NCBI GenBank assembly: GCA_964430885.1
Contig: CAYSHM010000001.1
Span: 96,001 to 160,000, forward strand
Direction: 5' to 3'
DNA: 64,000 nt
From: an uncultured archaeon
Lineage (GTDB): Archaea; Thermoplasmatota; Penumbrarchaeia; JASLWR01
Part shown: piece after piece, positions 30,501-38,829 of the stretch
How positions within the stretch are numbered: the first letter of the stretch is position 1
How the letters are laid out: each line of letters begins with the position of its first letter
The notes under the pieces: generated by a model
What the model was told of the DNA's origin: nothing
What the model saw: the letters and a program-made list of their open reading frames with translations, nothing else
The model's database searches: none
Program-made: the position numbers and the translations under genes

Positions 30501-31552
30501 GCAACAGCAGGAGAAGGTTTGATATCCGCTCCTAGATTGACGCTCCATATCTGCTCTCCTTCATCACTGATACAGTAAAGATTACCGCTGGTATCACCTA
30601 TTATGACCTCCCATATCTCATCGACATCCAGATCGACCAAGGCTGCTGAGGACATGGATCCGGATTGCATATTGAAAGACCATTCCTGATCTCCTGTTAC
30701 AGCATCAAGACAATAGAGCTGATTTGATGCCTCCGAAACAACTATTACTTCCTTTGTCCCATCCTGGTCAAGATCGCCTATTGCTGGTGATGGATTTGTA
30801 GTTGTACCGGTGAATATGTTCTTCTGCCACATGATCGCACCCCCCATCCTCACTGCGTATATGGTACCGCTAGCACCCTGATGAATATATTCCAGATTAG
30901 TTGGATTTCCATCGAGATCGCCTATTGCTGGTGATGAATGCCAACCTCCTGAACTTACGGATCCTCCGCCGATCGGATCTTCATTGCCATTATCGGATAT
31001 GACTGCCATGGTACCTGAACTCTGGGGTGAGAAGATAGTTTCCAAGGTTCCATCCATATTGAGATCTCCGCTTGCAACAGATGAATGACAGTCGGACCAA
31101 CCTCCAATGTTCCTGTAGTTGAACTGCCATTTTGTATTTCCGTTGTTATCTATAGCAAATAGAGAATCCGCTGATTCAGATATGATAAGCACTTCTACCT
31201 CGCCGTCCCCCTCCAGGTCTGCAATATTTGGGGAATTGTGTATGGAACTTCCGATTCGATTCGACCATCTTTCAGACCAGCTTCCATCTCCATCGGGATC
31301 CTCGAGACATCTGATGGTATCATGACTGCCGACAATAATCTCAATTTTTCCATCGGACTCGAAATCCAATAAAATAGGAGTGTAGAGAACATTTCCAGTT
31401 ATCTCTGTCAATAGTTCACCGGGTCCTCCGGCTCTTTGATTGCCAGGGGCCCTGTTAGCAATGGAAATTGCTCCGAAAACGGATAGGATCAATACAGAGA
31501 TGATTAATATTGATGAACCCAATCTTTTTCTTCCTACCATATATATCGCCAA
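27557..31552 (-). CDS. FG-GAP/PQQ-like beta-propeller surface protein with NEW3-type repeats, CARDB and C-terminal TM
   Basis: Repeated SPAIGDLD.DG..EV motifs, WPMFRYDREHTG propeller closure, N.GN..D repeats, IIDPIDEIVELND; likely start ATG 31540. Confidence 0.87.
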   Translation of the reverse strand: MAIYMVGRKRLGSSILIISVLILSVFGAISIANRAPGNQRAGGPGELLTEITGNVLYTPILLDFESDGKIEIIVGSHDTIRCLEDPDGDGSWSERWSNRIGSSIHNSPNIADLEGDGEVEVLIISESADSLFAIDNNGNTKWQFNYRNIGGWSDCHSSVASGDLNMDGTLETIFSPQSSGTMAVISDNGNEDPIGGGSVSSGGWHSSPAIGDLDGNPTNLEYIHQGASGTIYAVRMGGAIMWQKNIFTGTTTNPSPAIGDLDQDGTKEVIVVSEASNQLYCLDAVTGDQEWSFNMQSGSMSSAALVDLDVDEIWEVIIGDTSGNLYCISDEGEQIWSVNLGADIKPSPAVADLDGDGLLEVVEVNNDGNCFAIDEDGSILWQYDTHEGIPTSSVTADPSPVIGDINSDGYLEVVFATGSGTLRALETDGQVPSSALPWPMFRYDREHTGFYNGTLEYGASITVDEEHTDTSLQSPLIHFIEPGATTQYNLTLTNVGHQSVIVGMFRDRFTLSTKNIPENWTATLIAKNVPINDGETVHEDPRYEDFTNVEVIEHIQLEERQGVDFTLEITAPKANVSFGDFAAIEAFAMSESDNNATDSITTTTFIDIIVDMSVNIAADIDPFTDQKISGISAGADKMLNIELTNTGNINDTYDIDIRSGIPSGWTVSFDPNDNGVHDIKDIYLSTSLFGNEDSRTSFPIYIHCPITAEKNEQLDITVTATSQISKQSKIETVTNEDTVILIVEETNLLSLEISDSIKKVDPGDTEAYNVVITNRGNSRSTVRLTVDLPPQQLNLEDDEKWIVYWEDSLTNIHTLDLRKHEPVPLKAIVECPAGAIAGTRIVMTIRAEDVDDPSVVARGEITAIVNEYYDYQLNFSKKADSLTPKASIKYEINFDENKDGIPEKISVKGRKVIYNFTMENIGNAQDQINIYIKDLPTIYWTGHFEEDGIEISNLILAIGEKRELSFVVFVPEDAIAGVYDLGISSRGKGDKFGESIKSEDDPRFRSVQITVFKVHDIEIKSLDRDASRDGMSLTVNTDPNSQGSFLFIVTNKGNCEDYVRISTGNFPLNWDVWFSSIANQRTGSLTENKIKWDFSESLDLVGQGEIVNYIYSNKTDFATFKLDIDQSVWITLNSNIPRAISDENISTYINVSAWDDGDEQTFVEKVKDDNQINILYLIDYAELLIIEESLTYENNMKDGMDYSISIRVSNIGDIHAENVETVLKIDGEETYSMTIEVLGSGQNKFVSFPWTAKAGNHELEIIIDPIDEIVELNDQTQGVNNNVVKKKFTVEDKAIEVFGISAGSWAVFGGIVALGAGAIVAGGVLINKMKK

Positions 31553-31809
31553 ATTTTATTATACACTATATGTGAAGTTAAAGCACTTCATATAAATTAA
31601 ATGTATATGATTCCAGTTATGATTTATATAATTCCGCTATAAATATATCTTTAAGCTGATATTTAAAAAAATCGGTACATTTTTGGAATCCGCTCGGGTG
31701 ATTTTTTATTAAAAACTTCATTTTAACTAAATCCTTTTATAATGTACCTGGATATTTATTGGCCTAAGCCCAAAATATTATCAAGAATTATCATCCAGGG
31801 GTTTAAATT

Positions 31810-32910
31810 ATGACCAATAAAAATTACAGTAATGATGATGTAATCGTATCATTGACAAATGTTGCGCGGAATATTTATAATCAGCTGAACAAGGGTTCAA
31901 TACCAAAGATTAGACTACCTTCTAGAACCCGTTCAAACATCGTTTTTAATGAGAAGAAAGGAGTATGGAAGTATGGGAGCAACAAGGTGGAGAGATCTGC
32001 AAAAAAACTAGGTGGGGCCTATGGAATATTAAGAACGATGTATGTAATTGATTTCATCAAGGAGATGATAAATAATGGTAAATCATCGACCCTTAGGGAA
32101 TTGTATTACATAAGTGAAGGCTGGAAATTGGCCAAGTTCACCGATCAGAATGATTCCAACAAATTAGCTGAGGACCTTGAGATTATAACTAAATACATGC
32201 GTGAAGATTTCAAATTGAGGCCTGAAGAGGACGGTGCAAGGGTTATAGGCAATATTACCCTGAGGGAAAAGAATAGGAAGGGGGAATTTAAAACTTTCAA
32301 CTGCAGAGATGATGTTGGAGATTCCGGTTATTCAATTCCTTATAACGTCGATTATGAAAAAGTGAAATTTGAGGGTTGCGATGCGAAGTTTATTATCGCT
32401 ATCGAAACCGGCGGGATGTTCGATAGATTGGTTGAGAATGGATTTGATGAAAACTATGATGCAATATTGGTGCATCTCAAAGGCCAGCCTGCCAGAAGTA
32501 CCAGGACATTCATTAAACGTCTGAACAATGAATTGAAATTGCCAGTAGTAGTTTTTACCGATGGTGATCCCTGGTCGTACAGAATCTTTGCATCAGTGGC
32601 TTTTGGGGCAATAAAAACCGCACATATATCGGAATACCTTGCTACTCCAACTGCCACTTATTTGGGAATAACTCCATCGGATATTAAGAATTACGACCTT
32701 CCCACAGATTCTCTATCAAAGCAGGATATCAAGGCACTCAAGTCAGAATTGGAGGATCCTCGATTTTTGGATCCTTTTTGGCAGGGCGAGATAAAGTATC
32801 AATTAAAAATGGGGAAAAAGGCAGAACAGCAGGCATTGGCCAAGTATGGCTTGGATTTTGTTACCGATACCTATCTTCCGGAAAAACTTGCCGAACTTAA
32901 CATGATATAG
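31810..32910 (+). CDS. top6A: DNA topoisomerase VI subunit A
   Basis: STLRELYY (catalytic Tyr), [33 protein letters not shown]. Confidence 0.96.
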   Translation: MTNKNYSNDDVIVSLTNVARNIYNQLNKGSIPKIRLPSRTRSNIVFNEKKGVWKYGSNKVERSAKKLGGAYGILRTMYVIDFIKEMINNGKSSTLRELYYISEGWKLAKFTDQNDSNKLAEDLEIITKYMREDFKLRPEEDGARVIGNITLREKNRKGEFKTFNCRDDVGDSGYSIPYNVDYEKVKFEGCDAKFIIAIETGGMFDRLVENGFDENYDAILVHLKGQPARSTRTFIKRLNNELKLPVVVFTDGDPWSYRIFASVAFGAIKTAHISEYLATPTATYLGITPSDIKNYDLPTDSLSKQDIKALKSELEDPRFLDPFWQGEIKYQLKMGKKAEQQALAKYGLDFVTDTYLPEKLAELNMI

Positions 32911-33031
32911 ACATCAATATTATCATCATGAAACGATTATTATTATTATTATTAAGTTGTCATTACAACCAGTCATTATTCCATTTATAATTTTATATCA
33001 ATTATTGTTTTATTTGGAGGTGAATGTTTAC

Positions 33032-33526
33032 TTGAAAAGGGTTCTAGTTGTCGATGCCAATATTTTCATTGAAGGATTTGATCTGGATGGGTATAGGGAA
33101 AAATTCATTCTAATGACCACACCTGGGATTGTATCTGAGGTGGAAAGAATTGGGGACCAATACAGGTTGGAATATGCTTTGGGGGCAGGTCTAAAAGTTA
33201 GTCATCCATCCGACGAGCATGTTAGAAGCATTGAAGTGATCTGCAATAAAATGGGTGAAGGACGAAGACTTTCGAAAATAGATGTGGAGTTATTGGCTTT
33301 AGCTGAACGGGAAAATGCAATAGTGATTTCAGATGATTACTCAGTTCAAAATATAGCGGCGGTTATAGGATTAGAGGTATTAACGGGATTACAGAGGGGC
33401 ATCAAGGAAATATATAGATGGGGTAAGAAATGTGAGGGTTGCAGAAGAAAATTTTCGGACGTTGAAAAATCTTATTCTGACTGTCCAGTATGTGGTAGTA
33501 AATTAAAAGACATTCGAATTAATTGA
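33032..33526 (+). CDS. nob1: Nob1-like PIN endonuclease with zinc ribbon
   Basis: LVVDAN, LSKIDVELLALA, ISDDYSVQN, CEGC..CPVCGS; start placed at in-frame TTG 33032 after GGAGGTGA. Confidence 0.88.
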   Translation: MKRVLVVDANIFIEGFDLDGYREKFILMTTPGIVSEVERIGDQYRLEYALGAGLKVSHPSDEHVRSIEVICNKMGEGRRLSKIDVELLALAERENAIVISDDYSVQNIAAVIGLEVLTGLQRGIKEIYRWGKKCEGCRRKFSDVEKSYSDCPVCGSKLKDIRIN

Positions 33527-33686
33527 TTTTTCATTTTGTTCAAAAGAGGGTTTTTGGAACATATATAGGGAAGTTTGATTATATTCCCAAAACTTTTTAT
33601 ATCAATCTAAGGTTTGCATTTATATAATTTTCTAAAGAACATAAACGGGCTTTGGGTATATATAAAAAGGGATCAGAGGTATAAGT

Positions 33687-33983
33687 TTGGGATATAGGAA
33701 GAGACAATTTTTCAGTCATAAAAGCAGGCAGAAAAGACAACCAATGTTAAATGTGGGAAGAGAATTGGAATTCAAATATGATGTGAGGGCAATACTCAAA
33801 AGGGACAATATTGATGAGAAGAAGGAAGCTCCTTTTATCGCCACACTTTTTTCTAGAGGAAGTCGTATGGATATTCCCACGGCTGAAAAATATGTTGAGG
33901 AAAAGTTCAAAGAAGGTTTATTTAGTGAAGATTCCTATGAAGAAATTTTGAAATTACTGAAAAGATATAGAAAATGGAGATAG
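33687..33983 (+). CDS. Small basic hypothetical protein, resembling a conserved Thermoplasmata family
   Basis: GAGGT RBS plus TTG start; EFKYDVRAIL...ATLFSRGSR...LLKRYRKWR. Confidence 0.7.
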   Translation: MGYRKRQFFSHKSRQKRQPMLNVGRELEFKYDVRAILKRDNIDEKKEAPFIATLFSRGSRMDIPTAEKYVEEKFKEGLFSEDSYEEILKLLKRYRKWR

Positions 33984-34072
33984 ATATCTTACCTATCTCC
34001 AATTATTACACTTTCCAGGTTCTCCTTTTACTACATCCAATTTGATATTTAGTCATTTTTTTGATGTATGGT

Positions 34073-35551
34073 TCAGGCGTTTTCAAGAACATGGGTCAAG
34101 ATGTCCCAGAATTCTTTTACAGAAGATATTTTCACCATTTCCATTGGTGAGTGCGGATGTTCTATTTGGGGTCCGAATGAAACCATTTCCATACCAGGAT
34201 ACTTTTCTCCGATAATTCCGGTTTCCAGACCTGCATGAATGGCTTTTATGCCCGGTTGTTTTTTGGTTATTTCTTTGAAACTTTTTTCCAGGATAGAAAG
34301 AATCTTCGAATCAAGATCCGGTTTCCAACCAGGGTAACTTCCGCCTTTCTTGAAACCGGCTCCTGAAAGATATGCAATGGATCTTATATGTTCCACTGCC
34401 CACTCTCTTGCCGAAGCAACTGAAGAACGGGAGTTCAATCCAATTATCAATTCATTATTGTTCATTAACAGAGTAGCGAGATTTGTGGATGTTTCCACAA
34501 GGTCAGGAATGTCCTGTGACATTGCTTGAACACCATTGGGGAGGGCCATTAATAACGCAATTATATTGTCGGTGCAATCTCCTGTGAGGCATTTATCCAT
34601 TCCATTCTTTGAGTCTTCAAATATTATCTGAATATCATTTTCCACGGTGAATTCCTTTTTGAAACCTATTAGTTCTTTCTCAATAATTGCCTTAGTAGTA
34701 TCAATGTTCTTTTCAGGGATTACGATTGTTGCTTGAGATTCACGAGGTATGGCATTTCTTTTGGTTCCCCCATTTATTTCAATAATTTTCATATCGCACT
34801 CCATATTGATAGCATTGAGTAATCGGGCTAATAGCACATTTGAATTGCCTCTTCCTAAATGGATGTCGACACCAGAATGTCCGCCTAACAGTCCTGTGAC
34901 CTTGATATGTTTCTGCATATCTTGAGAAATTGGTTCAAAATCCAGGTAATAGTATAATTGGGTGTCTGCGCCTCCTGCACAGCCAACATATATTGCCCCT
35001 TCTTCCTCAGTATCAAGGTTAAGCATTCTTTGGAAATCTAAAAAATCCTTTTCTAGCTGGAAGGCACCGGTCAATCCAGTTTCCTCGTCAACAGTGAAAA
35101 GGAACTCCAATTGTCCATGATCAATGTTAGAGTCCTCCATAACAGTCAGCATGGCCGCCAATCCGATACCGTTATCAGCACCCAAAGTTGTGTTTGTAGC
35201 AAAAAGGTAACCCCCCTTGATCCGCAGTTTCAATGGGTCTTTGGAAAAATCATGTTCAGTTCCTTGATTTTTTTCACATACCATATCCATATGGCTTTGT
35301 AAGATAATTCCTTCTATGATATTGCTAGGATCCTTTGCCTTTTTCCTGACCAATATATTTCCAATGCTATCGGTTTTATATTCAAGTCCAAGGTCCTTGG
35401 CCTTTTGAATAATGAATTCTGAAATCTTTTCCTCGTGTTTGGAACACCGGGGGATTTTGGTTATCTCGCAGAAATTATCCCATAACTTTTCCGGTAATCC
35501 TATTTTCCTACCAACGCTTGGTATATTGATAAATTTCTTCTCATCAACCAT
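34073..35551 (-). CDS. pepD: Aminoacyl-histidine dipeptidase (M20C)
   Basis: IPRCSKHE, LQSHMDMVCEK, TTLGADNGIG, TVDEETGL, NLDTEEEG, GGHSG, IHAGLETG, HSP. Confidence 0.95.
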   Translation of the reverse strand: MVDEKKFINIPSVGRKIGLPEKLWDNFCEITKIPRCSKHEEKISEFIIQKAKDLGLEYKTDSIGNILVRKKAKDPSNIIEGIILQSHMDMVCEKNQGTEHDFSKDPLKLRIKGGYLFATNTTLGADNGIGLAAMLTVMEDSNIDHGQLEFLFTVDEETGLTGAFQLEKDFLDFQRMLNLDTEEEGAIYVGCAGGADTQLYYYLDFEPISQDMQKHIKVTGLLGGHSGVDIHLGRGNSNVLLARLLNAINMECDMKIIEINGGTKRNAIPRESQATIVIPEKNIDTTKAIIEKELIGFKKEFTVENDIQIIFEDSKNGMDKCLTGDCTDNIIALLMALPNGVQAMSQDIPDLVETSTNLATLLMNNNELIIGLNSRSSVASAREWAVEHIRSIAYLSGAGFKKGGSYPGWKPDLDSKILSILEKSFKEITKKQPGIKAIHAGLETGIIGEKYPGMEMVSFGPQIEHPHSPMEMVKISSVKEFWDILTHVLENA

Positions 35552-35926
35552 ATAGTTTCACTCCTCTCGATTGTAAATAATATCAAACTATCCTTTGATT
35601 AAGTTTGATTTAGGCCATGAATACCGCTAGGTAGTATTTAATTTTTCTTAGAATTACACTTTACCTCATAAGTCCATTTGACAAATGGTCGATTGTAGCA
35701 GGATATCAGTATTCCAGAGGAAACTAAAACAATTCCTCAAATATTTTTAATATGATGATGGGTATTTCCCCGAGGGATAAATCCAAGTAAAAATCTATAT
35801 AAGACCCAATTAAATAACTATTCTTCTGGATTCCCATATGGATCCTAAAGAAATGGATTGATAAAGATATTGGTATTAGTATTTAGTCAAATTTGGTCTA
35901 TAGATGAATGATGCCAGTTATCAAAT

Positions 35927-36001
35927 GGACGTGTAGCCTAGCTAGGATATGGCACTGGCCTCCTAAGCCAGGATTCAGGGGTTCGAATCCCCTCACGTCC
36001 G
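35927..36001 (+). tRNA. tRNA-Arg(CCT)
   Basis: Acceptor GGACGTG/CACGTCC; anticodon arm CTGGC-CTCCTAA-GCCAG; T-loop TTCGAAT. Confidence 0.95.
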
Positions 36002-36104
36002 CTTTCGCTATAATTCAAAAATAGGTGACTCTAACCTGTTTAATTCCAAAATATGTAAAAATGGTTCCGTTTGTTATGATTTCACATCATCTTTTACTGG
36101 GGTA

Positions 36105-38786
36105 ATGAAAATGTCAGAGAGCAATGAGTTCAATATTAAAGAGGTCGAGAAAAGATGGCAGGATTGGTGGGAGAAAAATGAAATATATCGATTTGATCCA
36201 GAGAGTGATAGGGAGCCTTATACTATAGACAATCCCCCGCGGTATGCTTCTGGGGCCCTTCACATCGGTCATGCTGTGCATTATACACATATTGATTTTA
36301 TTGCTAGATATCAAAGGATGCTGGGAAAAAATGTCATGTTTCCATTATGTTTTGATGTTAATGGAATGCCTATTGAGGTGAATGTTGAGAAAAAATATGG
36401 AATAAAGATGAATGAAACAGATAGACATCATTTCATTTCGCTCTGTAAGGACTTTGCTGAGAACAACATTGGAACTATGAAAAAACAATTTAAAATTTTA
36501 GGCCATTCCATGGACCCGTCCGTTTATTATCAGACTGATGAACCTTACTATAGAAGATTGACCCAGGTATCTTTCATTCGATTATTCAAAGAGGGTCTAA
36601 TCTACAAGGATAAATTCCCTGTGAATTGGTGTCCCCGATGCGGGACGGCTTTGGCTGAATCCGAGGTTGAATATAAGGACAGGAAAACCTTTCTAAATTA
36701 CATCCACTTCAAGGAGAAGGAGACTGGCGGTCCAATCACAATAGCTACAACCCGTCCAGAGCTTCTATGCACATGCCAAATGGTGGCCATACATCCGGAT
36801 GATCCAAGGGCGGACAGATTGGGAGGAAAATCCCTCTTGGTCCCCATGTATGATCGAGAAGTACCAATAATGCTGGATGATGAGGTGGATGCGGATTTCG
36901 GCACAGGAGTTGTGATGATATGTACAATAGGGGATAGGGATGATCTGAATTGGGTTTTCAACTACGGATTGAATATGGAAATGGGAATCGATGAGAATGG
37001 ATTGATGACCGATCTGGCTGGGAAGTACAGCGGTCTGCATCTTGAAGATGCAAGAGAAGCGGTTATAAAAGACATGAAAGAAGCAGGCCTTATTGTTAAA
37101 CAGGAACCTCTGGACCAAAATGTTGGAGCATGCTGGAGATGTGCTACACCAATAGAATTCATATTGACTTCTCAATGGTTCCTCAAGACCTTGGATTTCA
37201 AGTTGGATGTGCTGGAAGCGTCTGACAGTATGAAATGGTTCCCTTCATTCATGAGAACTCGTTTGGAGGAGTGGGTCAATAGACTGAATTGGGATTGGGT
37301 AATATCCCGGCAGAGATACTTCGGCACTCCCATACCAGCTTGGGAATGTCATGAGTGTAAGCATATCGAAGTTCCCGACGAGGAGGAATGCTATATCGAT
37401 CTCACCCTTGAGGGTCTCACCGAGCGCGATTGTTCCTCTTGCGGAGGTGTGATGAAAGGTTCAGTTGAAGTGTTTGATACCTGGATGGATTCTTCACTTA
37501 CACCGCTTTATAATAGTTATTGGCTGAGGAATGAGGATTATTTCAATAAAGTATTTCCAATGTCATTAAGACCTCAATCTCACGATATAATCAGAACTTG
37601 GGCTTTTTATTCTATATTGAGAAGCAAACTTCTAACTGGTGATAAACCTTTTAAAACCATCATGATGGACGGATTTATTCTATCAGCAGACGGCACACCA
37701 ATGCATGCCTCTAAAGGAAATGTTATAGACCCATTGGAAATCCTAGATGAATTTGGGGCGGACCCATTGAGATTTTACGCATCCAATTGCGCTTTGGGGA
37801 AGGACAATCCCTATCGCCATCAGGATGTGCTTAGAGGTCTTAGTGTTTCAAGAAAGCTGTTCAATATAGGCCGTCTGGTCAAAACCGCTATTGATAAAGG
37901 TTTTGATAACTCCATTGACATTGCCAATATTGCATTTGAGGAGGTTGAATCAGATCTTCATGATGTGGATAGATGGCTGATTTCAAAATACTCAAAAATG
38001 GTGGGGAACGCTACGGATAATATGGAAAAGTTCCGTTTCGACCATCTTGTGAAAGATATCATTAATTTCACCTGGCACAAATTAGCAGATCATTATTTAG
38101 AAATAAGTAAAAATAGGATTTATTCAGGTAATGATAAAGCCCTCCTATTTACCCTTTATAATGTTATGAAAGGCATATTGAAAATGCTTGCGCCATTTTT
38201 ATGCCATATTACTGAAGATATTTACCAAAATATTTTTGCCGGTGAGACCAAAGGAAATAGTATTCATGTTAGTTCCTGGCCCGAACCGATAAATATAGAT
38301 GATGATGGTGAAGCGCTCGGAGATTTGGTAGTTGATATTACTTCAGCCGTCAGATCATACAAATCCGAGAAGAAGATTCCTCTGAACGCATCCATAGGAG
38401 AACTGATAATAGGCGGTGCATTGGGTAGGCGAATCCAGGATTCCATTGAAGATATTATTGCACCAACGTCATCATCAGGAATTCAATTTGCGGATGAACT
38501 TTTAATCGAGAAAAATATCACTGGTTTGAAACCAAATTTTTCAGTGATGGGTCCCCGATTCAAGAATAGGGTAAATGATATTGTCAAAAGTTTAATCAAA
38601 TTAAACCCGGCTTCACTCTGGGCGGATATAGATAAAAAGGGTATTTATTCTTTGAAACTTGATGATGAAGAGTTCTTTATTGATAAAAAATGCATTATAT
38701 TTGAGCGTGGAATGTCAATAAAGGGGCAAACAGTGGAGGCAATAGAAAGCCCGAACGAAGACATATCCATATTTATCAAAAACTAA
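36105..38786 (+). CDS. valS: Valine--tRNA ligase, archaeal type
   Basis: DNPPRYASGALHIGH, WCPRCGTALAESEV, IATTRPEL, DWVISRQRYFGTPIP, VFDTWMDSS, PQSHDIIRTW. Confidence 0.96.
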   Translation: MKMSESNEFNIKEVEKRWQDWWEKNEIYRFDPESDREPYTIDNPPRYASGALHIGHAVHYTHIDFIARYQRMLGKNVMFPLCFDVNGMPIEVNVEKKYGIKMNETDRHHFISLCKDFAENNIGTMKKQFKILGHSMDPSVYYQTDEPYYRRLTQVSFIRLFKEGLIYKDKFPVNWCPRCGTALAESEVEYKDRKTFLNYIHFKEKETGGPITIATTRPELLCTCQMVAIHPDDPRADRLGGKSLLVPMYDREVPIMLDDEVDADFGTGVVMICTIGDRDDLNWVFNYGLNMEMGIDENGLMTDLAGKYSGLHLEDAREAVIKDMKEAGLIVKQEPLDQNVGACWRCATPIEFILTSQWFLKTLDFKLDVLEASDSMKWFPSFMRTRLEEWVNRLNWDWVISRQRYFGTPIPAWECHECKHIEVPDEEECYIDLTLEGLTERDCSSCGGVMKGSVEVFDTWMDSSLTPLYNSYWLRNEDYFNKVFPMSLRPQSHDIIRTWAFYSILRSKLLTGDKPFKTIMMDGFILSADGTPMHASKGNVIDPLEILDEFGADPLRFYASNCALGKDNPYRHQDVLRGLSVSRKLFNIGRLVKTAIDKGFDNSIDIANIAFEEVESDLHDVDRWLISKYSKMVGNATDNMEKFRFDHLVKDIINFTWHKLADHYLEISKNRIYSGNDKALLFTLYNVMKGILKMLAPFLCHITEDIYQNIFAGETKGNSIHVSSWPEPINIDDDGEALGDLVVDITSAVRSYKSEKKIPLNASIGELIIGGALGRRIQDSIEDIIAPTSSSGIQFADELLIEKNITGLKPNFSVMGPRFKNRVNDIVKSLIKLNPASLWADIDKKGIYSLKLDDEEFFIDKKCIIFERGMSIKGQTVEAIESPNEDISIFIKN

Positions 38787-38829
38787 TTTTGTTTCTGGTC
38801 AAAATGGCTCCGATCTCCTTGAGGAAAAT

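Noticed and set aside
32957-33031. N-terminal 25 aa of the Nob1 ORF as given in the track
   Set aside because: The GGAGGTGA RBS lies inside this stretch, supporting the TTG start at 33032.
35674-35688. Palindrome CCATTTG-A-CAAATGG upstream of pepD
   Set aside because: Single short occurrence that cannot be distinguished from chance without a motif scan.
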